The position numbers and the translations under genes were made by a program. From the NCBI GenBank assembly GCA_001643675.2, contig LSRY02000036.1, positions 620,001 through 684,000 of the forward strand: a stretch of 64,000 nucleotides of DNA, written 5' to 3'. Shown piece after piece: positions 36,201 through 46,261 of the stretch (position 1 is its first letter; the number at the start of each line of letters is the position of its first letter). This stretch comes from Monocercomonoides exilis PA203. Its lineage: Eukaryota > Protista > Preaxostyla. The notes under the pieces are model-generated. The model was not told the origin of the DNA. It ran no database searches and saw nothing but the letters and a program-made list of their open reading frames with translations.

Positions 36201-39200
36201 TTTCGTTGACCTGCGAATCAATCGAATTGCATCGGATGAACACATCCTTCCCCACGTGTGCATCATTCATCATGAATCGGATGTTCTCCATTATCAGCCC
36301 AAGTGGCGATGCTGGCATTTGATCTGGCACTCGATTTGGATCGAGTGCATCAATCATCATCCCTCCTCCCCTTCCATTGGCTGTCGAGCACACACACATC
36401 CCAAATGTGCATCCGCTCACTTTCAGCTCTGACTCTCCTCTCTTCAACAACACTCTCATCCCTCCTCCTTCCTCGCTCGTCTCGCTCATGCACTTTCTCA
36501 GCTCGCATCCTTCCACCACACACTCCACCCCAGCTGAGAACGATCCCACGCTCAACGCACATGCTCTGTTCTCTGTGCATGTGATGTTTGTGAATGAAGA
36601 GCCATTCACTCTCACTGTTTGCCTTGTGTTCACTCTTTCATTGCTGAGCAACACATTTGTTGGGGATGGCTGACTCAGCGATATCAGACTGCAACCAGAT
36701 ATGGTTGTGTTTGATATCGACACATTCACCACATCAACCATCATCACACCTTCTGTGAATTCCACAAACCCTTTTGCCAGACTGAACTGAGAAAGGGTAC
36801 AATCCTCAATTGCCACGCTCCCTCCATCTGCCTTCATCAAGCAATAATTTGTTTCCTTTGTTGCCTCCCCGCAAGCAAATGAGCAACAAAAAACAGAAAG
36901 GGCAGATGCTGTGGAGGAGAGTGAATGAATGAGCGAAGAGTGATGCAAAAGCTCGTTTGGCAGAGAAAAGGCAATTCTGGCAATGCTGAGGCTCACATTT
37001 GACTGAATCATCCCATCTTCGCTGCCATCTCCTTCTGTCACTTTTATTGTTGCTTTTCTCTCTTCGCCTTCAATCCACACACTCAGCCTCTCCGATAATG
37101 ACGATGATGACGATAACAACGAAATCGAGTTGCTGAGCTTCCCAGAATTTCTGATTGCTATTTTTGTTTCTTCTCTTCCAAGAGGCGAGCATCTCAATGA
37201 AACAAGATGATCAATTGATGAACATGGTGCTTCTGAGTTTCCGCACCCACTGAAGTCTCCTCCTCCATCTCCTGATACATATCCATTCCCACTCCAATTA
37301 TCCCACAAATACACTACCAGTGGAATCACATAAGTCTCTCCTGTGCTCGCTCTCTCCCATCCACACAACTCATCCAATGACCCCAACTCCTCATCACTCA
37401 TCTCCCATTTGAAGTTATCCTTATTCACAATCACACTGAGATCCCATCCCGAAACAAACAAATTTTTCCCTTTCCAGGCATTGCACCCAACAAATGTCAT
37501 GCTCTCCAATGAAAATATTTCAATCCTCTCATCCAAACTCACAAATATCCCTCCTCCAAATCCTTTTCCTCTTATTTCTTCCTCACTCGATGACACTTCA
37601 CAGTTTTTAAACTCTACCCCCTTCATCTTTATTCCGCCTCCACTTCCAACTGATATCATCATCCCTCCTCCTCTTCCATTTGAGTCTGTTTCATTCTCTG
37701 TCTTGCAACCATCAAATGTGGTTGACCCATTGATCACAACCTCTTCGTCTTTGCCAATTGAAATCTTCATTCCCCCACCACAACCATCTTTCTCCTCAAC
37801 ACCACACTCACTGAATGTGCTATTCGTGATTATTATAACATCAACAATATATGTGTCAGAATTCTTGCTTTCCTTTTTGGCGCAGCTCCTTTCCAAACAG
37901 CTTCCTCCTCCATTTCTCCTCGATATTCCAGTCAGAACACAATTTGAAAATTCTGCTGAACTTTCTCCACCACATCTGATTATTGGATCTGACAAGGTAT
38001 TTATTGATCCTTTGTTCGAGAAGCCTGTCATGTGCAGAACTCCTCCATCAATATGAAAGACACAGAATTCGATTTCATTCAGTGAGTTTTTGATGGCAGA
38101 TTCAATTGAGCAATCACTGACACTCAAAGCATTTGAAGAGGAAAGGATGAATGAAGAGGCTGGAGAAAGTGCTGATGGAAGCGAAAAGCACATATCTTTC
38201 AGCAATGCTGCCGATGAAATTTTGATCAAACATTTAGAGTCAAACTGAAGAGTAGGCGCAACAACCTCAACAGCAGTGTCTCCAATTGTGCCTGTCACAT
38301 TCCAAAACTGGCTCTCCATTACAACCTCTTCACAGAGCACAAATCCATTTTTGATTCGGATTGTTCTTGACACAGCCCCATACCACACCTCAACCACTCT
38401 CTTGATCGATGAGCACGGATACTGCTCCATTCCACATCTGCTGAAGTCCAAGCTTTTCTCTCCTCCAACAAATCCAACATCTCCTGCTTCCATCATAAAT
38501 GGAAGAAGTGGCGCACACTCCTCCCGGCACCTATCCTCAAATCCCAATAAGTCTCTATCTGACATGCCCTCATGCTCAAAGCCAAATGTGATGTGACTCA
38601 CAACATCTCTCAGACACTGTGCATTCACAAATATGTTGTTCCCTTTTTCTGCCTGGCAATTCTCAAAAGAAGCATAATGGATACAAAAGGCACTATTCTC
38701 ATCACACACATCCAAATAAATCGCTCCGCCAAACCCTCCAACTCCATTCGTATTTCCCAAGCAGCAACAATTGCTGAATGTAACATAATCAACATTCTCA
38801 TCAGCACTTTCGCTTGAGACATTCCCAATCTCCATTTGTGAGCCTTCATTGAGCTGAATCCACATCCCTCCTCCACATCCATCCTCGCACACACAATTCC
38901 TCATCATTCCTCCTGAGATGTTCATCTTCATCCCATTCACCAAATTCCCACAAATCACACTCCCATCTCCACTCATCCGAGAAATACCCTCAACCTCAAC
39001 ATCATTCATCTGAAAAAATAATGAGTGCTCTCCTCTGATCTCGAATACAGGAACGGATGAAAATGATATTTCACTGATCTCAACAGAGTCAAGAATGACA
39101 GATCCCATCTGAACGATCATTAGCGATGCTGATAATGCACAGCTTTCATCGTTTCTCAATGAAGTGATCACACACTCAACCAATTTCAACATCCCTTCTT

Positions 39201-41361
39201 CTACCAACACTTCCATCAGATGAGACGATGGATTCTCCATACAAATAAATTTGATTTTTCTGAAACTTCCCACTCCTGCTCCAATGGCTACCAACGATTC
39301 TCCATTTGGTGATCCATTATGAACAATCACTTGTGTTTTGTCTTTCCCCTCAAATGATACCTTCATTTTTCCAACATCTATTTTGTTTTCTTCATAATCC
39401 CCAACTTCAATTATCACTTCGTTGCTGCTTCCTTCTGCATCCAGCACACTCATTCCATATTCAATTGTTTTGCATCTCCTTCCATATTCATCTCCTGCCC
39501 TCACAAGCCCACAGGCCATGTGATCCAGTCCTTCCATTGAGTTCACAAACACTGGGTTGAAGAAGATCTTTGGAATCCAATTGTCGTATCCTGTTTCTCC
39601 TTTGACCACTCGATTGCTATTTGCACTTGTGCTTGAACGACAGTGTACAAACGATGTATCATTGATGTTTGTCCATCCCTGAACAACATAAACATCATGA
39701 CCCAGATTCATTGCAGTGTTATTCGAAAAAAAGCAAAACATAATCGGTGAATCATTGTCTCCTGTGGAATTTGACCAGCACATACCTCCTCCATTATACT
39801 CACTGTATCCACCACAAAGTGAACAATCAGATAAAATGGCAGTTCCATTTCTAAAAAATCCAACACTTCCTCCTCCACTATATTGAGTTGTGTTCTTTCT
39901 GCAACAAAAAAAGATGCTATTTTCAACAAGGCCCTGATTATCGTTGTGTTCAATCAATATCCCACCTCCAATATGTTTGGCTGAACTATTCGAGCAATTT
40001 GTGTTCTTCATTGAAAATGTTGAAACATAATAAAAGTCAATGCATCCTGACGAATCTTCTGCTGTGCAAGAATCAAAACTGGAAGATATAACATAGAGTT
40101 TTTTACCAGAAGATCTTGATGAAATAGCTCCTCCACACCAAGAGGAAAAGCATAAATAAAATTTGCACAAAGTTACGTTCAAAAAACCCGAAGAAGTGAA
40201 AAGTATTGCACCTCCATTAACTCTTGATGAATTGCCAGTTGAAATGTTCTTGAAATCGCAATCCACAAATGTTGCATCACCAGAGCTGATTGTTTGCCTT
40301 GTCATATTTTTGCTTCCAATTACAGGATCGACATTTTCTCTCCGAACACATTGAGAATAACTCGAATTCCAAGCCAAGAAATGCTTATATTCTGAACGCA
40401 TCCCTTCGATCAATCCTCCGCCAAGTGGAGAATCCACTTTCTCGACAACGCATCCAGCAAAAGAGTAATCATTTTTTGAATTGCCTATTGAACATTGATT
40501 ATTTTGGATTCTTGCACTTTGTGAGATATTCGAAAAATGGCAGTTGAAAACTGATATTTTCCAAATGTTTGCGCTTGCCAAAAGAGAAGTTGATCTTCCA
40601 AGAGAAAATGAAGAAAAAGCGGAATCAATTATTTTCAAGTCTTTTTTCTTAAATTCAGAACTTATTTTTTCACATCCAACAAATGATTGACAAATTTCTG
40701 CACATTCGGTACTGAAATAAGAAGTGTTGCTCAGAATCAAATACCCTTCATTTAATGTGAATAAATAATCGCTTGATGCTCCTCTTTGATGGATTGAACA
40801 ACAATGAACAAGAACTGTGGATAAATCGTTGATGAACATGAGAGATCTTCTCTCTTCTTTGAAAAAGGACAAATATTTCATTTCACAACTCGAATTGCCA
40901 AAATTGACCATCGCTATCATTATGGATCTTTGATTGTTAAAAACTCTTTTTGAATCACCAATTGTCTTCAGCTGACAATTCTCAAACACCAAATGATTGT
41001 CCATATTCTTTAATTCACTTCTTTTATCTTTTGATAAATATCCTCTCTGTTTTTGCATCAACCCTGGTGCTTCAGCATCATTATTAGGGATTTTGCCTTC
41101 ATTCGCTTTATTATTTGCACATGAGCCATGAAAATTTAATCCATCAAGAATTTCATATGAGTGGTCGTAGAATAATCCTTGATTCAAAATATGAGCATTT
41201 TGAGAATCGATAGCGCATTTTAAGTTAATGTGTTCACATTTGTCAACAATCTCAAAGCTGCTTAACAATGCAAGCAAAGAAGACAAAAGTACAAAATTCA
41301 TCTTGAATATAAATATGGGTAATAATTTTTCTTCAAAAGATGAATATCTGGGAAATAACAT
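33232..41361 (-). CDS. Giant type I membrane protein (2709 aa), paralogue of 19611-28634; likely start at 41301 (MNFVLLSSLLALLSS signal peptide)
   Basis: Uninterrupted ORF with four DxxxCG..C modules and GGAI/GGG motifs. The TM and pseudokinase region match the upstream paralogue; the ectodomain is divergent. Confidence 0.85.
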   Translation of the reverse strand: MLFPRYSSFEEKLLPIFIFKMNFVLLSSLLALLSSFEIVDKCEHINLKCAIDSQNAHILNQGLFYDHSYEILDGLNFHGSCANNKANEGKIPNNDAEAPGLMQKQRGYLSKDKRSELKNMDNHLVFENCQLKTIGDSKRVFNNQRSIMIAMVNFGNSSCEMKYLSFFKEERRSLMFINDLSTVLVHCCSIHQRGASSDYLFTLNEGYLILSNTSYFSTECAEICQSFVGCEKISSEFKKKDLKIIDSAFSSFSLGRSTSLLASANIWKISVFNCHFSNISQSARIQNNQCSIGNSKNDYSFAGCVVEKVDSPLGGGLIEGMRSEYKHFLAWNSSYSQCVRRENVDPVIGSKNMTRQTISSGDATFVDCDFKNISTGNSSRVNGGAILFTSSGFLNVTLCKFYLCFSSWCGGAISSRSSGKKLYVISSSFDSCTAEDSSGCIDFYYVSTFSMKNTNCSNSSAKHIGGGILIEHNDNQGLVENSIFFCCRKNTTQYSGGGSVGFFRNGTAILSDCSLCGGYSEYNGGGMCWSNSTGDNDSPIMFCFFSNNTAMNLGHDVYVVQGWTNINDTSFVHCRSSTSANSNRVVKGETGYDNWIPKIFFNPVFVNSMEGLDHMACGLVRAGDEYGRRCKTIEYGMSVLDAEGSSNEVIIEVGDYEENKIDVGKMKVSFEGKDKTQVIVHNGSPNGESLVAIGAGVGSFRKIKFICMENPSSHLMEVLVEEGMLKLVECVITSLRNDESCALSASLMIVQMGSVILDSVEISEISFSSVPVFEIRGEHSLFFQMNDVEVEGISRMSGDGSVICGNLVNGMKMNISGGMMRNCVCEDGCGGGMWIQLNEGSQMEIGNVSSESADENVDYVTFSNCCCLGNTNGVGGFGGAIYLDVCDENSAFCIHYASFENCQAEKGNNIFVNAQCLRDVVSHITFGFEHEGMSDRDLLGFEDRCREECAPLLPFMMEAGDVGFVGGEKSLDFSRCGMEQYPCSSIKRVVEVWYGAVSRTIRIKNGFVLCEEVVMESQFWNVTGTIGDTAVEVVAPTLQFDSKCLIKISSAALLKDMCFSLPSALSPASSFILSSSNALSVSDCSIESAIKNSLNEIEFCVFHIDGGVLHMTGFSNKGSINTLSDPIIRCGGESSAEFSNCVLTGISRRNGGGSCLERSCAKKESKNSDTYIVDVIIITNSTFSECGVEEKDGCGGGMKISIGKDEEVVINGSTTFDGCKTENETDSNGRGGGMMISVGSGGGIKMKGVEFKNCEVSSSEEEIRGKGFGGGIFVSLDERIEIFSLESMTFVGCNAWKGKNLFVSGWDLSVIVNKDNFKWEMSDEELGSLDELCGWERASTGETYVIPLVVYLWDNWSGNGYVSGDGGGDFSGCGNSEAPCSSIDHLVSLRCSPLGREETKIAIRNSGKLSNSISLLSSSSSLSERLSVWIEGEERKATIKVTEGDGSEDGMIQSNVSLSIARIAFSLPNELLHHSSLIHSLSSTASALSVFCCSFACGEATKETNYCLMKADGGSVAIEDCTLSQFSLAKGFVEFTEGVMMVDVVNVSISNTTISGCSLISLSQPSPTNVLLSNERVNTRQTVRVNGSSFTNITCTENRACALSVGSFSAGVECVVEGCELRKCMSETSEEGGGMRVLLKRGESELKVSGCTFGMCVCSTANGRGGGMMIDALDPNRVPDQMPASPLGLIMENIRFMMNDAHVGKDVFIRCNSIDSQVNETLFSLDFSQEALKLNNSVWGSDASGGGDVDLIPLITFYFAVQVFANVGGTDSRQCGAQTNPCKSISCSASHIQRGVANMIFVDGEGDIGGECVIGDLCVKSVKKTKATIHFNATIQEMGNERSVIVFVNECVAERCAFEFGEMFEANHRHILKVQNGTTELRECEFSSSSFGYLIKNSIMAVEGGELEMDKCEMVRMKTSVPLIEFIGESKAFISETKILNILSEGNAIEVGGRARVQMKELDAQNITLLRSGSAVKMQNLEENVVLSNCSFGKCLSEKEKGSIVSVVNCSDVCFDLCIFLGVVDEDRKMESSENGRIEEICRWNGSVIDFSSSSAVVRDTTIFNSSKGGMTARGGSVTIEKGEFFGNNPFIAKYPSLCRNIICSDSASLTISSLKGGDGVMPNSSLWILDDGCSLEGIAGERESPFFIPKLEGASASENGGGTEIQFKGALLLPCDLSFRLILSAGDTDLIETYHFAEDGFVSETEAVGMVPSRNLSSIPDETEVSVMIVYGKRLSATDSFILKNRSDPKANGDERIVEGGKEGKSYWLLIVVVLVVILLIVLIISVIFIVRWKKVKNEAEDLREIVNDNIRKDPKAFEMVTMEMSPEEQWRRAEREAEKKNEERIKKRVYAKSLGHSESSEHLLSESGSTEYILGRDSDKIPEWALEKVEEEKDDVSRKRTPSPSISSASTTDTSDTESTFVRGEDLCPTTSSMSNLVDAMACSSPHEKLIVDLRDSLFMLLHGRNEKKEMAIGTLQEREQTAAQVLFWVANLALHSFSEMDNPLQSLANLSPHIVLFSEHMVICIVMHSDFSSDDDSDSSSISSSTVATSASDEEEEEDDSLPSSAFEDEDDNFKKECLRWKAPELQMNKKMGATEKSVAFSVGMMLWECLTLQIPFGEYEAEAAGQKIANGERPNLKATEESTLESIIMLCLSSESEKRLSLQTLKREFIQRFPEGKVMLTMSDAVIYIEDSHHEESYFTDETDR
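33458..34877. repeat. Near-identical direct repeat copy 2
   Basis: See copy 1 at 19882-21301. Confidence 0.9.
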
Positions 41362-42551
41362 AATTATTCGTCAGTGTTTGCAACACAAAATAATGAGATT
41401 TATTCAATGAAGGAATTGAGAAATAACTTTTTTATTGTTATTCCATGCCATATCGTCTTATTTGATTCCAAAAAACATCTCTTTGCTAAATGTGGAACCA
41501 ATTGAAATATTTTGTGAGAACGAAGCATTTTAAGTTGAGCACAGAAAAGCATATGGCTGATCATTTTTGAAATCATATTTTTTCTGAAAAAATATTTAGT
41601 TTGAAAATTCGTTTTGCATATTTGTCAGTGAACATTTAAAAGTGATAACACCGTCTTCAAAAAAAAATGTCATTAATGCATTTTAAACGTGAGTCTTTTA
41701 AAACAATTGCAATTTATAAAATACTGGAATGATAATATTCAATTCATTGACAAACGAAAATTAAAAATTCGAAACTTCGAAAAAAGTTATGATTTCAAAA
41801 ATAATCACCCATATAAAGACAACTGTTTCGCTCTAGAAGTAGACCATTTCCTGTAAGCATTGAAGTCATTAACAAAGAAACAAAAATATCATTTTTCGTT
41901 ATTTTATTTTGAAACAGACGAATGGCAAAAGTGTTTGAGGCGATTGGTCAATGTTCTGGTAACAATAGTTTCAGTTTAATATTTCTAAAAATTTTATTAA
42001 AAATATCACATTGAAAAAGTTTTTGACAACATTCAAAATAATCCTGATAATTGAAATGGAATGATATTTTTCTCGATGTGAACCCAAGTTCATTGAGTTT
42101 TCAGGGAAAAATTAGAAACTGTAGTTTCAAAAATCTTTCAGACAATAATTATAATAATGATAACAAAGGTTCAACAAATATATACTGGCTCAAAAATGTT
42201 GTTTTCGTCGAAAGAGAATTTGTCATTTGATAAAGACATAAATACGAAATATTTATTTGTGATGAAACAAAGCTCAGTTTTGACATAGCCTTTGATTTTT
42301 TCAAACACTGAAATATTTCTGTCTCTTGATACCTCTCATCAAGCTGTTTTTTAATAATTAACATTTATATTTTTTGTAAATTAACTTATTCAGATCCTAT
42401 TCCATAATTATTTTTATAACCCATTATTACGTAAATAAATATTTTACCAATGTTCCAAATAATGTTTAATGAACAAATGGGATTTGAATTCTGGAATTAA
42501 TCAAAAACAAAGCAGGAAATAATTTATTTTTGGATTCAGTTACATTAGCCT

Positions 42552-44075
42552 ATGTCTATAATTGCATTTGGAAGCAATTTGTTAAATAGTAATTTTATTG
42601 TTTCGTCCTTGCTGATTGGCAGCGTAATTTTAATTGGCTTTGCAATTAGTTTATGTGCTCCGCTGGATGCTTTGTTAATCATTTTTCCAATTTCGGTGAT
42701 AATTTCATTATGTGCAACATTTCTTCTTTCGATGTTTTTCCACATAAGACAAGTTTGCTTCATAATTTTAAATATGCTATTAGTTTAACGAACTTCTTAT
42801 TTTTCCTTAAAGATATTACTTTTTATGCTTACGTTAATTTGGGCGATAAGGATATCTGTTCATCTATCATTACGTTTTTTTCGATGCAGAGAAGATAGAC
42901 GCTTGAATCCAATAAGAAATAAACCCTTCAGATCATTCGCGTTTTTTATTGTTTTGGGATTGTTTGCTTTTGCATATTGTGTTCCTTCGACTCTTGTTGA
43001 TTCAATTCGCGATATCAAACAAAAGTCTTTCAACTCAAGAGATGTTTTTGGAGTTTGTTTATGGTTGATAGGATTTACAATGGAAGTTATTTCAGATGCT
43101 CAATTAAATAGTTTTCGGAAGAAATTATCAAGCTATGGACGTATTTATCAAGGAGGTTTATGGAAATGGATGAGACATCCAAATATAGTTGGTGATGTAC
43201 TCTCTATTTGGGGCATCTTTATCTTGTCTTCTTCTGCGCTTTTGAGATATGAATGGTTTTCGATTCTCGCTCCATTATTTTTGACTACGATGCATTTGTT
43301 TGTCACTGGTATTCCTCCATTGGAGAGGGCAATGGCTTGGAAAGAATGGATGGATGGTGGGTTTATGTTGTGGCAGCAGTCAACAGGAAAATATCTCCCA
43401 TTTCTGGCCATGTGGCGATCAGCGAAGGCGAGAAAGCTGCAGAAAAAGCAAATGCAGCAGCTTCAAAAGCAGAATTCAAATGATAGCTTTTTGAATAAAA
43501 GGAATAATGAAAACGAGAAAAGAGAATTAAACAATATCGATAAGTGCTTTCAGAACATAGATGATGGTCGATTGAAGAAAAGAACCACTGAACTTCATCT
43601 GCCATTCCAAGGAAAGAGTGCAATGATGGGTCCATCATATACCGTTGGATATTCTTGCCCATCTAATCTCTATTACAATGATAGCGAAAATGAATATGCA
43701 TTCGAAGTATCTCGTCCTCCTATCACCGTCAGAGACAGGCACGCAAATGACAGAGATATTCTGCAAAAAACACATCAACACCAAACACATCACCATCACC
43801 ATTCATCACTTAGCAGACACGATTTCACTGTTGAGATATCTCCAAACTGCGTTAGAAAAACTGTGGGACAGTCAATTTATCCATTCTCAGCAACATCACT
43901 CCCTATTTGTTCATCAGCAACTCCAGAGCATTCTTCAGCCCTTCTCACACCAATGACCCTTCGCTCACAGAGAGTGCTAAATGTGTATGGCAATGCCGCA
44001 GGGAAAATGGGGAAGCAGATTGATAGATCAAGCATCTCTTCGCAACTTGGAGGAGAAGAAGGCGGAGGAATCTGA
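42552..44075 (+). CDS. DUF1295 / steroid 5-alpha-reductase-like membrane oxidoreductase with a long hydrophilic C-tail, 2 exons (42552-42752, 42813-44075)
   Basis: RQILLFMLTLIWAIR, REDRR, GFTMEVISDAQL..F, GLWKWMRHPNIVGD, VTGIPPLE. A 60-nt GTTTGC...AAG intron joins the frames. Confidence 0.8.
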
Positions 44076-44619
44076 TTCTTGAGAGTACCATCAATGTTTA
44101 TAGAGATCTTGTTTTGTCATTCCTTTCATTTTGAAGCATTAAAAAATATTTTAGTTGTTGAACTTTCTAGATTTTTGTGAAAATTTTCTGACAAAAAAAA
44201 AAAACATTGACAATTGTCATATTCGTTTGATGAGAAATGTACTTTTTTTTGATGAAGAGATAATATGAAATGAATGAAAAAATGAATTTATCATGAAAAG
44301 GAAGTCTTGTTACGCTTATGAAAGAGTATAGAAGTATAGAACATTGGTAAAGACGTACATTGAATTCTCAAATCTGCAAAGTTTGCATTTAGGCATTAAA
44401 AACATCGCCTATGAATTCATCAGAACACGCTATCGTGCCTATTCCGATATTGAAATGAATCCCAAAAGTCGCTCTTCCTCATTTAAAAATTCATTGAAAT
44501 AAAATATGATAATATCCAAAAGCAAAATATAATAATAATCTATAAATATTTAAATTATGACTTTCACAACAAATATTTATTATTATACGCTCACCCTCCG
44601 TTGATTTCCTGCCTTTATT

Positions 44620-46088
44620 TTATTGACTAACACAGCCAACTTGTTGACCTCCTGCTCCTCCTTCATATTCGTAGTCATCATCATCGGTATCTGTTGCTCT
44701 TCCTTCCTTTCCATCAGATCTTCTGTAGCCTCCTCTTCCCGAGCCACTGCTGGCAGTGTCTGGATCAATTTCAGTAAGTTCGCAAACTTCATGATCAGCA
44801 GTTGGCGCAGGTGGTTTAGCTGGAGTGAATATGATTTGCAAAATAGTCTGAGCCTCTTTTGTAAGTGTTCCCTTTTCAGGATAAACCACCTCAAAATGGA
44901 CAACAAGATCTCCTTTGCTCAAAGGATCGCGGTAGACAGGCATCCCTTCTCCTGCAACAATACGCACATCACCTGGCTTGATAATCTCTCCACCAGCAGC
45001 ACTAACCAAAAGCACACGCTTGTCGAGCGTCTCCACACAAAATGAGAACCCGCATAAAGCTTCGCCCAACGAAATTTTCTTTTTGATGTGAAGATCTGAT
45101 CCTTGTCGTTGAAACAATTCATGAGGTTTCTGATCAACAATAATCACAACATCGCCAGGCTCCATATCTGGCTCTTGATCCCCTTCATTCTCAAATACAA
45201 TTCGCTTGCCAGGCTCAGTCCCTGGCTCAACATGCACTTCAAGCACTTTTTTTGCACTAACAACACCTTCTCCTCCACATTCTTTGCATTTGTCTTTTTC
45301 TTTAATGGTTGTTCCTTTCCCGTTACATTGTGGGCAAGTTTCTTGTGATTGTTGAATAAATCCAGGGCCTAACTGTCTCATTACGAGTCGAACACCTTGA
45401 CCATTGCATCCTGAGCAAGTCTTTGAGCCTCCAGATTTCTTGGTTCCCTTTCCATCACACTCGCTGCACAAGACCTGCTTTGAAAGCTTCATTTTTTGAG
45501 TTTTTCCATGATAAAGGTCAGCCAGAGAGCATTGAATATGATGAACAACACTATCTCCCTTTCTTCTTCTTCTTCTGCTACCTCCACCTGGGAAAAATCC
45601 TCCCATTAAATGCTCGAATATTGATGTGGCAGGAGTGTATTCTTCTCCTTTAAGTCCATCTTCTCCATGACTTTAATATCAACAAAAATTTCAATGAAAT
45701 AAATCAATAAAATTCGATCCATTAATATAAATAACAAACGTATCATATATTTCCTTTTTTTCTGGATTCGAGAGGATTTCATAGGCCATTCCAATTTCTT
45801 TAAACTTTTCAGAAGCTTCCGGATTATCTTTCTAAGCAAGTAATAATAATTCATCAAAAAATGTTCATATTTCAATCAATATAAATGCGAAATAAAAACA
45901 ATAATACAGTAATTTTTTCAAAATTTCACAATCGTTTAATAGAAAGCTTTGCATTTATAAAGAATAAAGCACACGTTTTTATCTGGATGCCACTTTAAAG
46001 CCATCTTTCTATATGCCTTTTTAATATCATCTTGCGAAGCAGATGGATCAATTCCAAGTATATCGTAGAATTTCGTCTCCTTTACCAT
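44620..46088 (-). CDS. DNAJA: Type I DnaJ co-chaperone (DNAJA/Ydj1), 3 exons
   Basis: [28 protein letters not shown], then an intron, then [16 protein letters not shown]. Four CxxCxGxG zinc-finger repeats, C-terminal domain, and CaaX end CVSQ. Confidence 0.95.
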
Positions 46089-46261
46089 GTTTACAGATAA
46101 TTTATTATCTTTTATTGATCAATTGCCATAAAACAAATAAAATCAATTTGCTCATTGCAATTGTTTAATTGATAAAATAACTTTGGTCACAAATTGACAG
46201 AATAAAAGCTAATAATAAGGTTTTTGAAAAATTGAATGACCATAATAAATTATTTATTAAT

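Noticed and set aside
42149-42364. 71-aa minus-strand ORF flanked by splice-like signals
   Set aside because: No consistent in-frame exon chain could be built and no motif was recognised.
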